From Phoronis australis (lineage: Eukaryota > Animalia > Phoronida), in the NCBI GenBank assembly GCA_002633005.1, contig NMRA01000127.1, positions 380,438-444,437 on the forward strand: a stretch of 64,000 nt of DNA, in the 5' to 3' direction. This document shows, in pieces, positions 24,463 to 36,510 of this stretch. Every line of letters starts with the position of its first letter. Position 1 is the stretch's first letter. Both the position numbers and the translations under genes were made by a program. Under the pieces are notes generated by a model. That model searched no databases, was not told the DNA's origin, and saw only the letters and a list, made by a program, of their open reading frames with translations.

Positions 24463-25890
24463 CATGTGGGTCTATTCATCAGTACATGAATTTTGGCAGG
24501 CTTGTGCTGTAGACATTATGCCAGGGAAAGTATTAGGCTGAAAGTTAGAGTAAATCGGTAAGGTGTTGGTGTGTTTCCATTTTAGTGTTTCAATCCTGGT
24601 GCATGAAAACCACAGAAAAGTTACAGAGTTGCATATATGAAGAAAGAATACACCACAAAACTGTATATTTCAATTCAGTAAAAGTTTGCAGTTTCTGAAA
24701 GTAGAAAACCTGTAGAATTTGATTTATAACTATTCAATGAGGTCGCCTGACTATGTATTGGTAATTTTTAGCAAAAATGAAGATACGTCGATAGCGAAAC
24801 AACTTCAATAATATGGCCAAATTTCATTTCACGTAAATGTTTAAGGATATCTCAAACCTTATTCACAAAAATGGCCTCTTTTACAATATTTCAAAAATGT
24901 CTAGCAAAATACCTTATTTTCATTCTCGGGGAACTTCAAATACGAAATATACATCATGTAGCGAGAAAAACGAATTTTACATAACCACCTTGGAACGTCG
25001 CAACCTCTGGAAATTTGTTTATTACTCTAATATCCGAGGTCAAAGGTTACAGGGCTGTCACTCAAATCGAATCACTCGCCAGGCATAAAGCAGCTCCTTA
25101 TGAATCCTCAGTCCTTTCATTCACTGTGTCGCCATAGTATTGAGTCAACGAGGTTTACATACGAGAGATAGATGCCGTGGAAAAACGAAGTCGTGCATCT
25201 GCATGCACACAACAGTTGGTGAATATTAGACATCCAGCCGATAAATATCAGCAAAAAAACTTAAAATATTAGTTTTCAGCCTTTTTGCTCATGCGACCAT
25301 TGAGAACAAATGCTTCGAGTCACCACAAGCCTCTGTCACTTTGTGTTCATGAACACACCAAGTTGTGAAAAGCAAAAAATGTTCATCCAAATTCATTAAT
25401 TTGATAGGTAATTTAACATTTCAATGTTTCGATCTTACACCCTTTAACCACCGACTCGATTTGTGTTCTCCATTTGGTACTTGGTTTCAAATTAGTCTCT
25501 TGGCGCGTGGTGTGTATAACAATGAACTGTTGACCTACTTTAAAGTAGGTCAACAGTTGACATACTTAAAAATAGGTCAACCGTTTACCCTGCCATGGTT
25601 GGAGATAGTCACAAAGTTAAAATGTTTTAATGATAATTAAGTTAATTACGCACTGCAAATTCAGTTGACATTGCACGTGAATGTTGAAATAATAAACATG
25701 GCTAAGGCATGTTGCATTGACCGAAAACAAGTTTTTACCGAATAATTAACCGAAGACCTACATCTTCCAACTTCATCGACTTTTTCTTGGCTTCGACAAA
25801 TCAACTTAATTTGAACCTAGGAGCACGAGTTCTCGAAAACGGCTCAGTGGATTTTGCTAAAACTTTTCAAATTTAGTATTTATTCATCAA

Positions 25891-26058
25891 TCTCAAAAAC
25901 ACTGTTAGGATTTTCAATAGAAGGGCCTTAGTTTTTGCCTAATAAAACAGATGAATTCGACTGCTATTATTTACAAAAATACCCTGCATTTTGTGAGTTG
26001 ATTTGTCATAGAAACCAAACTAAAGGACTAATCAAAATTCCTAACAGTGTTCTTGAGA
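25891..26058. repeat. Imperfect inverted repeat (~40-bp arms) within an old repeat
   Basis: TCTCAAAAACACTGTTAGGATTTT...CCTTAGTTT pairs with AAACTAAAGG...AAAATTCCTAACAGTGTTCTTGAGA. Confidence 0.7.
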
Positions 26059-26229
26059 CAACTGGTGAAGTTTTCATATAAAAAAATTTCATTAATATTG
26101 ACTGAGGGGTTATTTTCCTATGAATGTACCTTTGATTTAAAAGGGTTTTAATGTAATAATAATTACAACAATAATGATAATGATAATAAATAGCACACAA
26201 ATTCAAAACATATTTTTACAATTTCTGGT

Positions 26230-26550
26230 CTTTTGCCATTCAGAAAATATATACTTTTACTAGTTGACAACGCCTGGCTTTTTGATATATGAGATTGAAT
26301 AGAGGCCACTAAATAAGGTTTGAGGTAACTTTAAGATGAAATTTCATAAACACTGTTACAGTTTTCTAAATAATCATTCCATTTTCTTGTTTATTCATGA
26401 AGATAATAAAAGTCATATTTTTGATAGCCCCTCATACGAAAGTGGAACATTTTAAAAACAGAACAGTGCATAAAGCATAGTATCTGAAAGATTCATATGA
26501 ATAGGATCAGCCATTTCTGAGATAAGATGTTCCGAAGTTTGCCAAATTTA
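26230..26550 (+). mobile_element. Partial family A MITE
   Basis: TTTTGATAGCCCCTCATACGAAAGTGGAACATTTTAAAAACAG...GTGCATAAAGCATAGTATCTGAAAGATTCATATGAATAGGATCAGCCATTTCTGAGATAAGATGTTCCGAAG. Confidence 0.75.
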
Positions 26551-26558
26551 TGAAATGA

Positions 26559-26580
26559 TGGTGGTGGTGGTGGTGGTGGT
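26559..26580. repeat. (TGG)n microsatellite
   Basis: About 7 perfect units. Confidence 0.9.
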
Positions 26581-26719
26581 TTTGGTGCTTGTGCTGTAGT
26601 AAGTTGCTCTTAACTTATCTCATTGTTTTAAGCAAAAATGATTCCTGTGTGTCAAAATTTTGCTGGCCTAAAGTTTCCGGCATTGTTTTATTTCAAATGA
26701 GATACACTAGATCACGTGA

Positions 26720-27030
26720 ACTGCTGATTACCACATATTTACGTTTCCTGTATGGTACGCTTCTCTATGAGAACCCTTATTACCTTATCCTTATGTTTCG
26801 TTTATGGTGCACCTTATCACAAAAACTATAATTATCCATCCTTATGCTTCCACTATGATACACCTTACCACTAAAACTGAAATGACCGCATCCTTATATT
26901 TTAGCTACGGTACACCTTACCAAATAAACCGAAATTACCCCATTTTCCTGTTTCAACTATGCTACGCCTTGCCATGTAAGCAATTATTCCCAACCTTGTC
27001 GTTTACCTGTAGTACATTTTACCATGATTA
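26720..27030. repeat. Degenerate ~52-bp minisatellite, about 6 units
   Basis: An ATGGTACACCTTACCA-like anchor at about 26751, 26804, 26855, 26907, 26959 and 27009, each preceded by an AATTACCxCATCCTTAT-like motif. Confidence 0.75.
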
Positions 27031-30000
27031 CCCTATCCCATCCTTGGTATTCATTGCACATTACAACCATTCTCAACAATGAGTAGTGTTATAAATAGTC
27101 ACCTATCCCTTTTATCCAATTTGAGAACAGTGTTGGATAACAACCAAAGGCAAACACAAAATTACCCAATGATAAGCACACCTTACCCATACCTATTCAG
27201 GTAAATTGAATAAACCAAGAACCACACTCTCCTTAAAAAGTAATATTTATGCTTGGTCATATCAGTTTGCCTACTGGTGGTAAATCTGACAATTGTTTAG
27301 TTAAAGCCAATTGCTCTGTGTAGCTAAATGTTTTGTCCTGCCTAGTCAGTCTTGAGCTATACAAATACACAGTTTTGTTTACACAGCAAAGCAGCCTTTG
27401 TGTTTCTAAATAGGCTAAATAGTGGAATAGCTGTCTGGTGTATTGGTTAGAGTTGAGAAGTGTGGAGAAGCATTACTCAGCCATTCTGATTGACTCTGTC
27501 TGGCACTTAGCTCATTACTAATTCTACATAGCATAGTATAGTGGTTAGATGGGTTGATATTGCAATAGTCAATTAGCGTGAAGTGGCTAAAGACAGGATT
27601 ATCCATTCACACCTTGGAGACAGGTAAGGTTTCATGACCAGTTCTTCCCTATTATTTCATGTTGGTGATCAAATGTCTCAACACACTTGGCATTTGCTTG
27701 GTTAGCACACAGTACTGTTGACAGTTTAAACACTAACTGGGTTGGCAGTTGTAAGCTATGTAGGTTGTTAGAGCCGTATCAAAATCAATTTACACTATGT
27801 GAAGTGATTGAACACTGGGTAGTGGTGCTGTATTAGATGATTTGCAGTCACTGTGTGTAAACTAGTAGTAGGGGTACAGTGACATGGGAATGGAAGTTAT
27901 CGCACAATTGGTGAAACCTGATAATAGCTTTTGTGATCGATCTGCCTGCAAAGATTTGTTGGAAAGAGCTGCTAGGTGGTGTTGCATTTTCTTGTATGTA
28001 ACCTTTATTAAAGTCTACGTTGTAGTAGATTGAAATGGCCTATCATAAATTCGTATTTAAAGTTTAACTTTTTGGTGAAGTTTTAGTTAGACAGTTTGTT
28101 GCTACCTTTTCCTTTGAAATGTAAATTTTGACCTGCTTGATCTTGTTTTGTAGCTATGTCTTTAAGTCATGTGCTGTTATTTGCAGTATTGGCACATTGT
28201 TTTTTTGGTAGCCAGGTGGCTATTAATAGTGATTGACGTTGCATGTATTTCGCTACTTGAAAGGCAGTTTATGGCTACATTGCTATTGTCTGACTGTTTT
28301 GTAGTTACGTATTTTGGCAAATTAAGGTGGCAGACAGAAAGAGAACGTAGAAATTTACAAGGAGACACCAGTGAAGTAAATGTCTTACCTGTATAAAGGC
28401 AGTCATAATTAGAAACATTATTCTTCAAATGCTCCATGAATATTCATAAGCATTTGTCTTCCTATAGACACGTTATGTAAAGGATCTTCTTCCTTTAGCA
28501 CTACCGAGTCTTTTAATAAAACCGTAGAAATCAATTCTATCCTGTTGTTTTTTCCACCCATAAGTAATAGACTGACGACACGTTAATGAATATTTTGGAC
28601 ACCACATTTTTTACCTGAAACCAGAGCCGTATCCGCTTGGACTTGTCCTATTTGAAATAAAAACAGACTTGTAGGAGATGTCTCAACAAACACTTACATG
28701 ACGTTTATTTGATAAATTTGTTGCAGAGTAAACTGCCATAATGCTAATATCCATGTAAAGGAAAACTTATACAGTTCCTCAGTAGTCCCATTCGTGCCAG
28801 TCTTTTTGCAGAATTTTTTGGTATCTTTTCTAGCATCTCAGTTTTGCCGCAGTTTCTGACCAGCCCAAGTAAGCTTGAGCGGCCACTGGACTTTTTGTGC
28901 TGTGTTAATTTTTGTTTGCAAAAATTCAAGTCCTCTCTGCATGTTACCCTAGCAAACCTTGCCCCAAGAAAATCTTACCCTCGTCAGCCAAACATCCACA
29001 CTACACACCTGACACCTTGTGAGTCGATGGAAATAATCACTCTGTTCATGCCAGACGTTGCAAAATATTTCGCTTTTATGGCTCTGCCCATGCTGAGCAT
29101 TAAATAGCCATTGAGTATTTGCGTTTTTCGTGTCAATTTTTTGTGCATTCTCGTAGTTGCGTAATGGCCATAAAATGTGTTTTACATCAATAAAGTAAGG
29201 GTCAAAGTGCACGATGTTATTAAGATTAGAAGAAAATTGGGTGAAAATGAAGGCACCTGTATGCGTGTATGTAACTGTGCAAGCAGCGCAACTGGTCATT
29301 ATGTCCATCTTATCAGGTTTGCGATCACACTGCGGCAAGTTATCCTACCTCCACAAGGTGGGGTAAGTTGTCACAGGTGTGTCCAGTTTCAGGAGCACAA
29401 AAAGCGTTTACACTTACTCCCAAACCAAGCAACAACTCCTTGTTGTTCCAGAGCAACTCACAGGGAACTGCACTTAAATTATCAGCTAAACACTGCCTGT
29501 TCATTACAGACAGGTAGGAAAAAAATTACATAATTATTGTCTGGACCCCAACCAATTGTTACAGGTTGTGGTAATGTGGTAGTGAAGATAATAGACTAAA
29601 ATGCTGTAACTGGGCTTTGCTTGGTAGTCCTAATTACCACTATGTCACTGGCCTTGAAACACCTGTGTATGTGTGTCTTGATAATAGATGGCTCAGTTCC
29701 ACGTCTTTGTCAACGGTCAGATGCCTTGCCATTGCCATGTTACTTTGGGTTGCCGTAGGCGGTGAGTTAAAATCTTTTGTCTATGGTGTTTTGGGTTTAT
29801 GTGTGTTGGTGTAATTCTTTGATCGCCCTATGCTGCTAGTATTCTTTTTAAGCATTGAAAAATATTGTAAATACTCGCAACCTTGGAAGTTTATTTTGTT
29901 AAAAAGCAAAAATACTCCGTTCTAGTATGGTTTGTGCTATACAGTTGTTGTAAATTAATCCTGTAATCAGTTGTCGAAAAATCACAAATCGCAGCTTTGG

Positions 30001-31529
30001 AAATTTCCTGCAACTAGGGTGCATTCCATAGAGTGAGCTTGTTGCAACTACCATAAATCAAGATCATTCCAAATCAGGCAAGTGTTTCACAAGTAAACTC
30101 GGGACCTTACTGTCGTAGACTAGCAAAATGGCCACTGCTGAAGTGTTTGGTGGACATGTTGCGGCTCTGCATCCATGTAGGTGTTGCTTGGTGATGTGAA
30201 GGTGTCTGGCAGGCTCTGTGGCACAATGCTATCTATTTCCAGCTCATTTGCACCGCTAATAATGCTTTTATTGAGCCTATCTTGAATGCCCATTGAAGAC
30301 TCAGGATTCACATCAGGTTTTGGGTTGCCCATTGTGTGACTGGCCCACATTTGACTGGTATTTCCGCTTTGTTACAACTGTTCCCTGCATTGGTTGGCCA
30401 AATCAGGTATCTGGGAACACTGTTCTTGAATAACACACTTCATTTGTGAGAAAGGATGTGCTCATCTTGCGATATGTTACATGGTTTGTGGTACTGGATA
30501 AAATTTCATTCCCATCTAGTCATTCAAGTTTTTGTGTACAGGAAATTTTTTTCAATTTAGAAACCAATGTGGTGGCTAGGTGGCCACTATATTCTCTCTT
30601 CTGATGATGGTGTTTGAATAAATAACACCGAAACATGTCAAGTTGATTTAAAACCGTAGTTGTTTTTATTAATGTGGTGGAACAGTGTAATGTTTTATCA
30701 AAATTTTCAATAAAAATAAATGAGATGAAATTTTTACTTCTTTAATTGTAAAGTTTGCGTTGCAGCACTGTCTTCAGTAAACGCATGATGAAATTTTTTT
30801 TATCATTTTTAACAATGCTATGAGGTTTTGAAATTGGAAAATGACAATTTGGCTGCTAGTTTTGTTTGAATATGAGGAAATGTTTCTCTGACGTACTAAA
30901 CTGGTCATAGAGGGAAAATTCTGCGTTCACATGGCAAATTTGACTCGGGGCTAAGAGGGGACTTTTCATGTTGACACTCTCTGGAGTAATGAAAGCATAA
31001 AAGTTACTTCTGATTGATCAGACTCAAGATTTGGAGGACATAAATAGTGATACTACATAGTGGTACATAATTTGAAACTAGTGGAATAAATTCCACTCTC
31101 AGGCCCTCCCATTATTTGTTTAGTTTATGTTCACTAAGTTATTTCAGCGTTTTGACACCGGCAAGGATCGAAATTCTCCGTCTTTATCAGCCACAGCCCT
31201 TGGCTTTGTCGCGGATTCTTCGCTGTGGGAAATACATGGAAAATGATGTCTTTGTTCGTTCATTGATATTTCAAAACGTTTTCCTTTTTTCGTAAGGCAT
31301 TGATATATCCCACCGCACAACAGTGTAATTTTCCAGCATATTAGCAGGAAAGGTGTTAAAATGCTGTTTATACCAGTTAGTTGAAACATCCTGTCTGTAT
31401 TATGTGGGATCTGTAGGTGGCGCTGAATGCCTGTCGACCAAAGACCTGATCGCTGTGTGGCAGGATTGTGAATTTCAGTATGGCATGGCTATTTTGAAAG
31501 TCAGTATTGACACCATTGATACAAGGACG

Positions 31530-31740
31530 GAGGTACACAAAGCTCAATTACTGAGCCACCCTTGTTCTCTCATGGTGTTTCTGTGTGGCGGTGGTACACA
31601 AAGCTCAATCATTGAGCCACCCTAATTACCTGGATCTCTCGTATGGTGAGGTACTCACAGCTTGATTACCCGATCCACCCTCATACCCCGAATCTCTCAC
31701 GGTGTTTCTGTGAGCTAGCCTCATTCCATGGATCCCTCAT
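31530..31740. repeat. Degenerate ~60-bp tandem repeat (3-4 units)
   Basis: GGTACACAAAGCTCAAT..(C/T)TGAGCCACCC...TCTCTC..GGTG recurs at about 31532, 31593 and 31650. Confidence 0.75.
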
Positions 31741-31799
31741 GTTGCAGCAAAAAGATTGTTCAACACTAGATCTCAAGTAATCTTATTTTTTCGTTGTAG

Positions 31800-31873
31800 T
31801 TTTTTTGAGCCCAGAACCCTGATCTGCTGCAACTGGTGAGCAAAGAAAGCAAGTCAGCTTGGAGGTATTGTTG
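31800..31873 (+). other. Candidate non-coding exon (74 nt)
   Basis: Acceptor TCTTATTTTTTCGTTGTAG| and donor TTG|GTAAGT. All three frames contain TGA and there is no ATG. Confidence 0.55.
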
Positions 31874-32506
31874 GTAAGTAAAAGAGCTTTTACTAGATCC
31901 CGTTTATATGTTATCATGTTTCCTAATAGTCATGCAAGACCTGGAAAACAACAGAGCTCTTTTCTATGCATGGAAAGTTTATAAGACGAATAATGGCAAA
32001 AACTTGCAGAAATTTTCAGGAGATGAATAAAAAACCCAATTTCGCAGGTGATGTTGTATGTTTGCGCACTCAGTCATGTTTGGCAAGAATTGATCAGTTT
32101 TATATAAAAAGAATTATTTGTGGAAAATGAAAATTCGTCATGATTCTGAATCTCAAAAGTTCAAATTTTTTGCAGAATATGATTTGATCATTTCGTAAGG
32201 ACTCCAACAAATACAGTATAGAGAAATGTATTACTTTCAAGAAGTCTTAGTCTTGTAAAAGGACACCAGAGGGATAACTGTCCCACTGTTGTGCCACCAC
32301 TGTAGTTTGTTTCAGGGAGTAGAACGATTGGGTGGCCACGCTCACATATCACAAAAACGCTGACCAGTAATCATCTTTGATTTAACAGGTCCAGTTACTG
32401 AATGGTTTCCGTTCCCTGCATTTATTTTGCGTGACGTTGATTCAAATTCACTGTTCATTAAATGTTGAACACTTAATATGTTCATTTTGTTAGTCAAACA
32501 ATTTAA

Positions 32507-32805
32507 AGCGGCACTGCACCCGAGCTTTCTGTGAATTTTTTTGGTTTAGGTCACTTATTGTTGTGTAATTGATCTTGTCTTGCTGCTTACTCAGTTTAGG
32601 AGTGAACTCTAGGCTTGGGGAAGATTTGCTGGTTTGTTATTTCTTTAGAACAAGCTCATAAAATTTCCGGTGACCAGGTAAACTGCCATTTCCTTCCAAG
32701 TCCAGAAATCACACTTATTTTGACTAAGGAGTAATATGAGACCAATTTCACAACGGTAGATGGCCTCAAAACTTTTGTGATAGAAATCACGTGTTTGTTC
32801 CTGCT
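32507..32805. mobile_element. Short TTAA-flanked MITE (Kolobok-type ends); related fragment at ~33750-33890
   Basis: TTAA|AGCGGCAC ... GTTCCTGCT|TTAA. The internal CTGTGAATTTT...CTTACTCAGTTTA(G/A)GA...GTTTGTTATTT is repeated at 33764-33890. Confidence 0.5.
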
Positions 32806-34708
32806 TTAAGCAACTTGGAACACATTCGGTGGCTTAAGAAAATGCTTTGCAGTGTCACAAAGAAAAAGCTGAAGTGACTTATTACTGCCAGGAATAAAAA
32901 TCTTCTCATAAATCGGCAGTTCAAGGATATTATATTTGATGAATTGCGTCATTAGTGGTGCAGCCTTGGGAGCCTCGTCTACTTTTTAGAAACCCGAGCC
33001 TAGAAATGCAGAGGAACACTGGAATCCATGCGATCTATTGTGCAACTGTTAAGGAGAAACCTCTTGCGGCTAATGATTTTGTAATACCTATACTGTAATC
33101 CGGTCCCCTTCAATTGTGCCAACAGAATCTTTATCAATTTTTGCATCTAATTGAACTTCCCTGACAGTTTAGTCATTGGGTTGCGTCGAGGAGTGCTTTT
33201 CTTAACATTTTGGGAATGGAAAGGTGTTTTAACTTAAACAAAGATGTGGGTTCGGCAAGTTTTTGCAGTATTTGAAGCAATTTACTTCCTCGTTGTCCAG
33301 TTGTGGATTGGTCACCGACACAAAATAATAAGAGGACATTTAACTGTTGACTTAATAAAAATGTTGTCAATGCAACTAAGTGTGGTTTATTAGCCTGGGT
33401 TGTATAGCTGTATAAATATGCCAATGCATAAGTGGGTGACATACAGATATCAGAAATGTCACCCCCTCGTGATATCCTAAATCCTCCTCTGTTGTCAGCT
33501 AGTTACAATGTTTTGATAACTGTAGTGATATGTCACTGCATGGTGTCGTTGTCTTGGTGACTTCACATTGATTGAATCATCTTGGTGCTCCCAGGTAGAC
33601 TTTTTGAAATTGACCGCATATCTCTTTGTTATCATCGCAAACAAAAGTTATACAAATAGCTTGCCAAAACTATTTATATTAAACTTCCAACAGTTCCTGG
33701 TTTATTTAAAAACTTATTACAGGTTTATACTGGTATTCCCGTAAAACTGCTAAGTCCCTGCCTGCTGTGAATTTTGACTTTAGCCCCTTACTGTTGTAAA
33801 ATTGGTCCTGACTGATTCTTACTCAGTTTAAGAATGACCTCTGACCTTGGAAAAAACTTACAGTTTGTTATTTTCCAGATCAGGCTCAATAGTGAACATT
33901 GTTCTTATAACCCTTTAGTGTAAGAGCATCAACGCTTCTTTCACTTGACCCAATTTTTAATTCTGACGCGCAAGAGGGCCATTTTGATAGTGCGAGGGCG
34001 AAACTCGACTTATTTCGTTCATGGACATTTTAAGGGTTTGAAGATTTTTGTGTGAATCCTTTTACTGTTACACCCGACAACTTTGACAGTTCGACGGGGT
34101 GATGGTGGTGGAAATGACTCATAATGTTGACTTGACCCATGGGGTCATTTTATACACTTGGCATGGTCTCTACAGCATTGCTTCACCCTTAATTCCTATC
34201 TGGAGTGTTAGGTCTTCTTGAAGCTCAGAATTCACAAATGTTAAAAAAGAAGTCACTGCTTGAGCCTGGGCTCAATAAATTGGCTTGCCATGGCAGATCA
34301 CTTTGCTATAAATATTCTCCAGTTTGGGACAGTCTCTAAAGTTTGGGTCAGAAATTCAAGAAGAAATTGAAGTTTCTTTATTCTGTAGAGTGGGACACGA
34401 TGGATTTTGAGGTTCATCATCTTTCTAGAATTTCAGGCACTGTGCTTTGTCTGAAATTCTTGTCAGTTCATAAAATCGTGTAATGCCAACACAATATTTT
34501 CATACATCCTCACTGTGGGTAATGCCGAGATGAGTAATTATATGTCATTGATCGTAATTCTTGAATTTGGGATGACCAACAGAGGTTTATACAGTCCACT
34601 AGTACCGCTGCATGATAACTTCGATAAGTCCGAAGTTGGGGTCGGTGCTCCGCTGTTAAATCCACCTATTTACTGCGAAGTCAACTGGCACTGTTAACTT
34701 CCATCCAG

Positions 34709-34947
34709 GGGCCTGTTTCAAGAATACTGACTTAGCTAAGACAAATCTTAAATTTCAGTCACTTTTAAGATAAAACAAATTTGTCTTAAGTCCGTTTCGA
34801 GAAAGCGATCTTAAGTTTGACTTAAGATTTGTCTTACCTGTAATTTTGACTAACTTAGCGGATGTGGAAGTTTTAAAGTTTGGAAATTGAGACAAATCGT
34901 AGACTTAAGTAAAAATGAACTTAAGTCAGTATCTTGCAAACAGGCCC
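34709..34947. mobile_element. PIF/Harbinger-type MITE with 3-bp TSD
   Basis: CAG|GGGCCTGTTTCAAGAATACTGACTTAG ... CTTAAGTCAGTATCTTGCAAACAGGCCC|TAG. A paralogous empty site at ~54240-54370 has a single CAG. Confidence 0.88.
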
Positions 34948-36299
34948 TAGGACAGAAGTTAACCATTTCTACTGACCGCATCTCCCCAAAACATCAATGC
35001 CTCAATGTTAGTATGAAATGGCTTACAGATGTATGTCATCTAAATAAAAAAATTGGCATATGGAATGTGGGTTTATAAGCACTTGAACATTTTTGAAGTA
35101 TGCATTTTATATCAGGATTGATTGGTTTGTGGATTTGTACTTTTAAAATGTGCTGAAAGGTAATTTTTTTCAGGCTGACATAGAAGTCAAAGAATCACCT
35201 TTTGATTCTCTGGCTCAGAACATACATTCCTGTCAACAATGTTTTTCTCACTTTAACAGGTCACTTTTGAATTGTCAGTGTTTACACTCATTGCAGCCCA
35301 CCTGCATGTTTGGGTCATGAGTCTTACACAGGTGATGACACCTGTGTGTAGGCGTGTGAGACTGGATGTGTATTTTTTATTTGCACGTGCAGTATTGGTT
35401 GCGGTCAGAATCAAGTCATAAGTGCCAGTGCTGTGTGGAATTTTGTCTTTCAGTTAGAATGAATCGAATATTCATTTGTTGCTTTCTATTTCTGAATGAT
35501 CTGGTTGAAAGCTGAATTTAATTTTGCAAAACGTCGTATCAAAAATGAGCACTATAAAAATTTCCATAATTATAACAGAGCTAAGGTAAAAACCAACACC
35601 TTTTATTTGTTTTTTTGTCATAAGATGACAGAATTAGCAATTGCATTTGTACAAAACAACTGGAAGCAACTTGAAACCATTTGAAATCATCTAACTTTAT
35701 CATTTCTCAATCTACACTAAACCTGTTTGGATTGATTTCCGCTATGGCTTTAAAAGGGTTAATACCCTCATCTCATCTGTTTGTGACAAGTTTGCTTATC
35801 CAATCTAAAATCTGATTAATTTTATTTATGAACTTTCTTGCCTAATATTTATTGCTGTCTGGTTCTGATTGAATTCTACTGTTTATAGAGGAGCTGCAAG
35901 CCAATTTGTCTTTCACCACTGTCTTGCTACTTGGCTCAGGAAGCCACCTGGTGGCTGGAATGAATTTCTTAATCAGTTTATTGCTCAATTAGTGACCTTG
36001 GGTGAATGTGAATTGAAATCTAACTATTAATTCTGTAGTTCGTAATTACAAAGTTTCCATGGTTTTGGCTGAATCCGAAGTTCCATTTGATGTTTGCAGT
36101 AACAAGATGCGTTTATTTGTACAGCTTTTTGTTTGGAATATGAGGTTTCTGCTATGACACACTTTGGGCTTAGTTCCCAATATTTTCCTTATATTTTCCA
36201 TTACTAAGTCAGTTGAATAGTTTTTGGTTGTTGATTCTTGACTTATGTGAGAGGACGCTTCGAAATGAATACTGTGTCATATCCCTGCAGGTAAGACCT

Positions 36300-36510
36300 C
36301 TTGCAAATCAAGCCATCTCTCCAAACCAGGGCTGCATCAATGCCTAATTTCTACCACGATCAAATAGCACTCCTGGTCAACATTCTAAGTTCCCTCTATT
36401 TGTCTGACAAAAAACAGGCCTGGGTCATTGTTAACAAACTCTTTACATCAACACGTAGCTATGACCTACACCCTCAGGCTCCCAACACATTTAATTAACA
36501 AGGGTTTTTG
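36300..36510 (+). mobile_element. Possible LINE (CR1/L2-like) ORF2 fragment from the region between endonuclease and RT
   Basis: A/C-rich patch translating NFYHDQI...SDKKQAWVIVNKL...PQAPNTFN. This resembles the 'YY..I...D.K..W..VNKL...AN.FN' linker of such LINEs. No catalytic motif is present. Confidence 0.35.

Noticed and set aside
29960-30060. Minus-strand VVATSSLYGM...LRFVI resembling RecQ helicase motif V
   Set aside because: The spacing is wrong and no motif VI (QExGRAGR) follows, so it is probably chance.
33100-33116. Partial match to miR-133 (GGTCCCCTTCAA)
   Set aside because: Only about 12 nt match, the 5' seed bases differ, and no hairpin partner is evident.
35400-35762. piggyBac-like end AAAGGG-TTAA
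   Set aside because: No matching TTAACCC left end was found nearby, which is too little to delimit an element.
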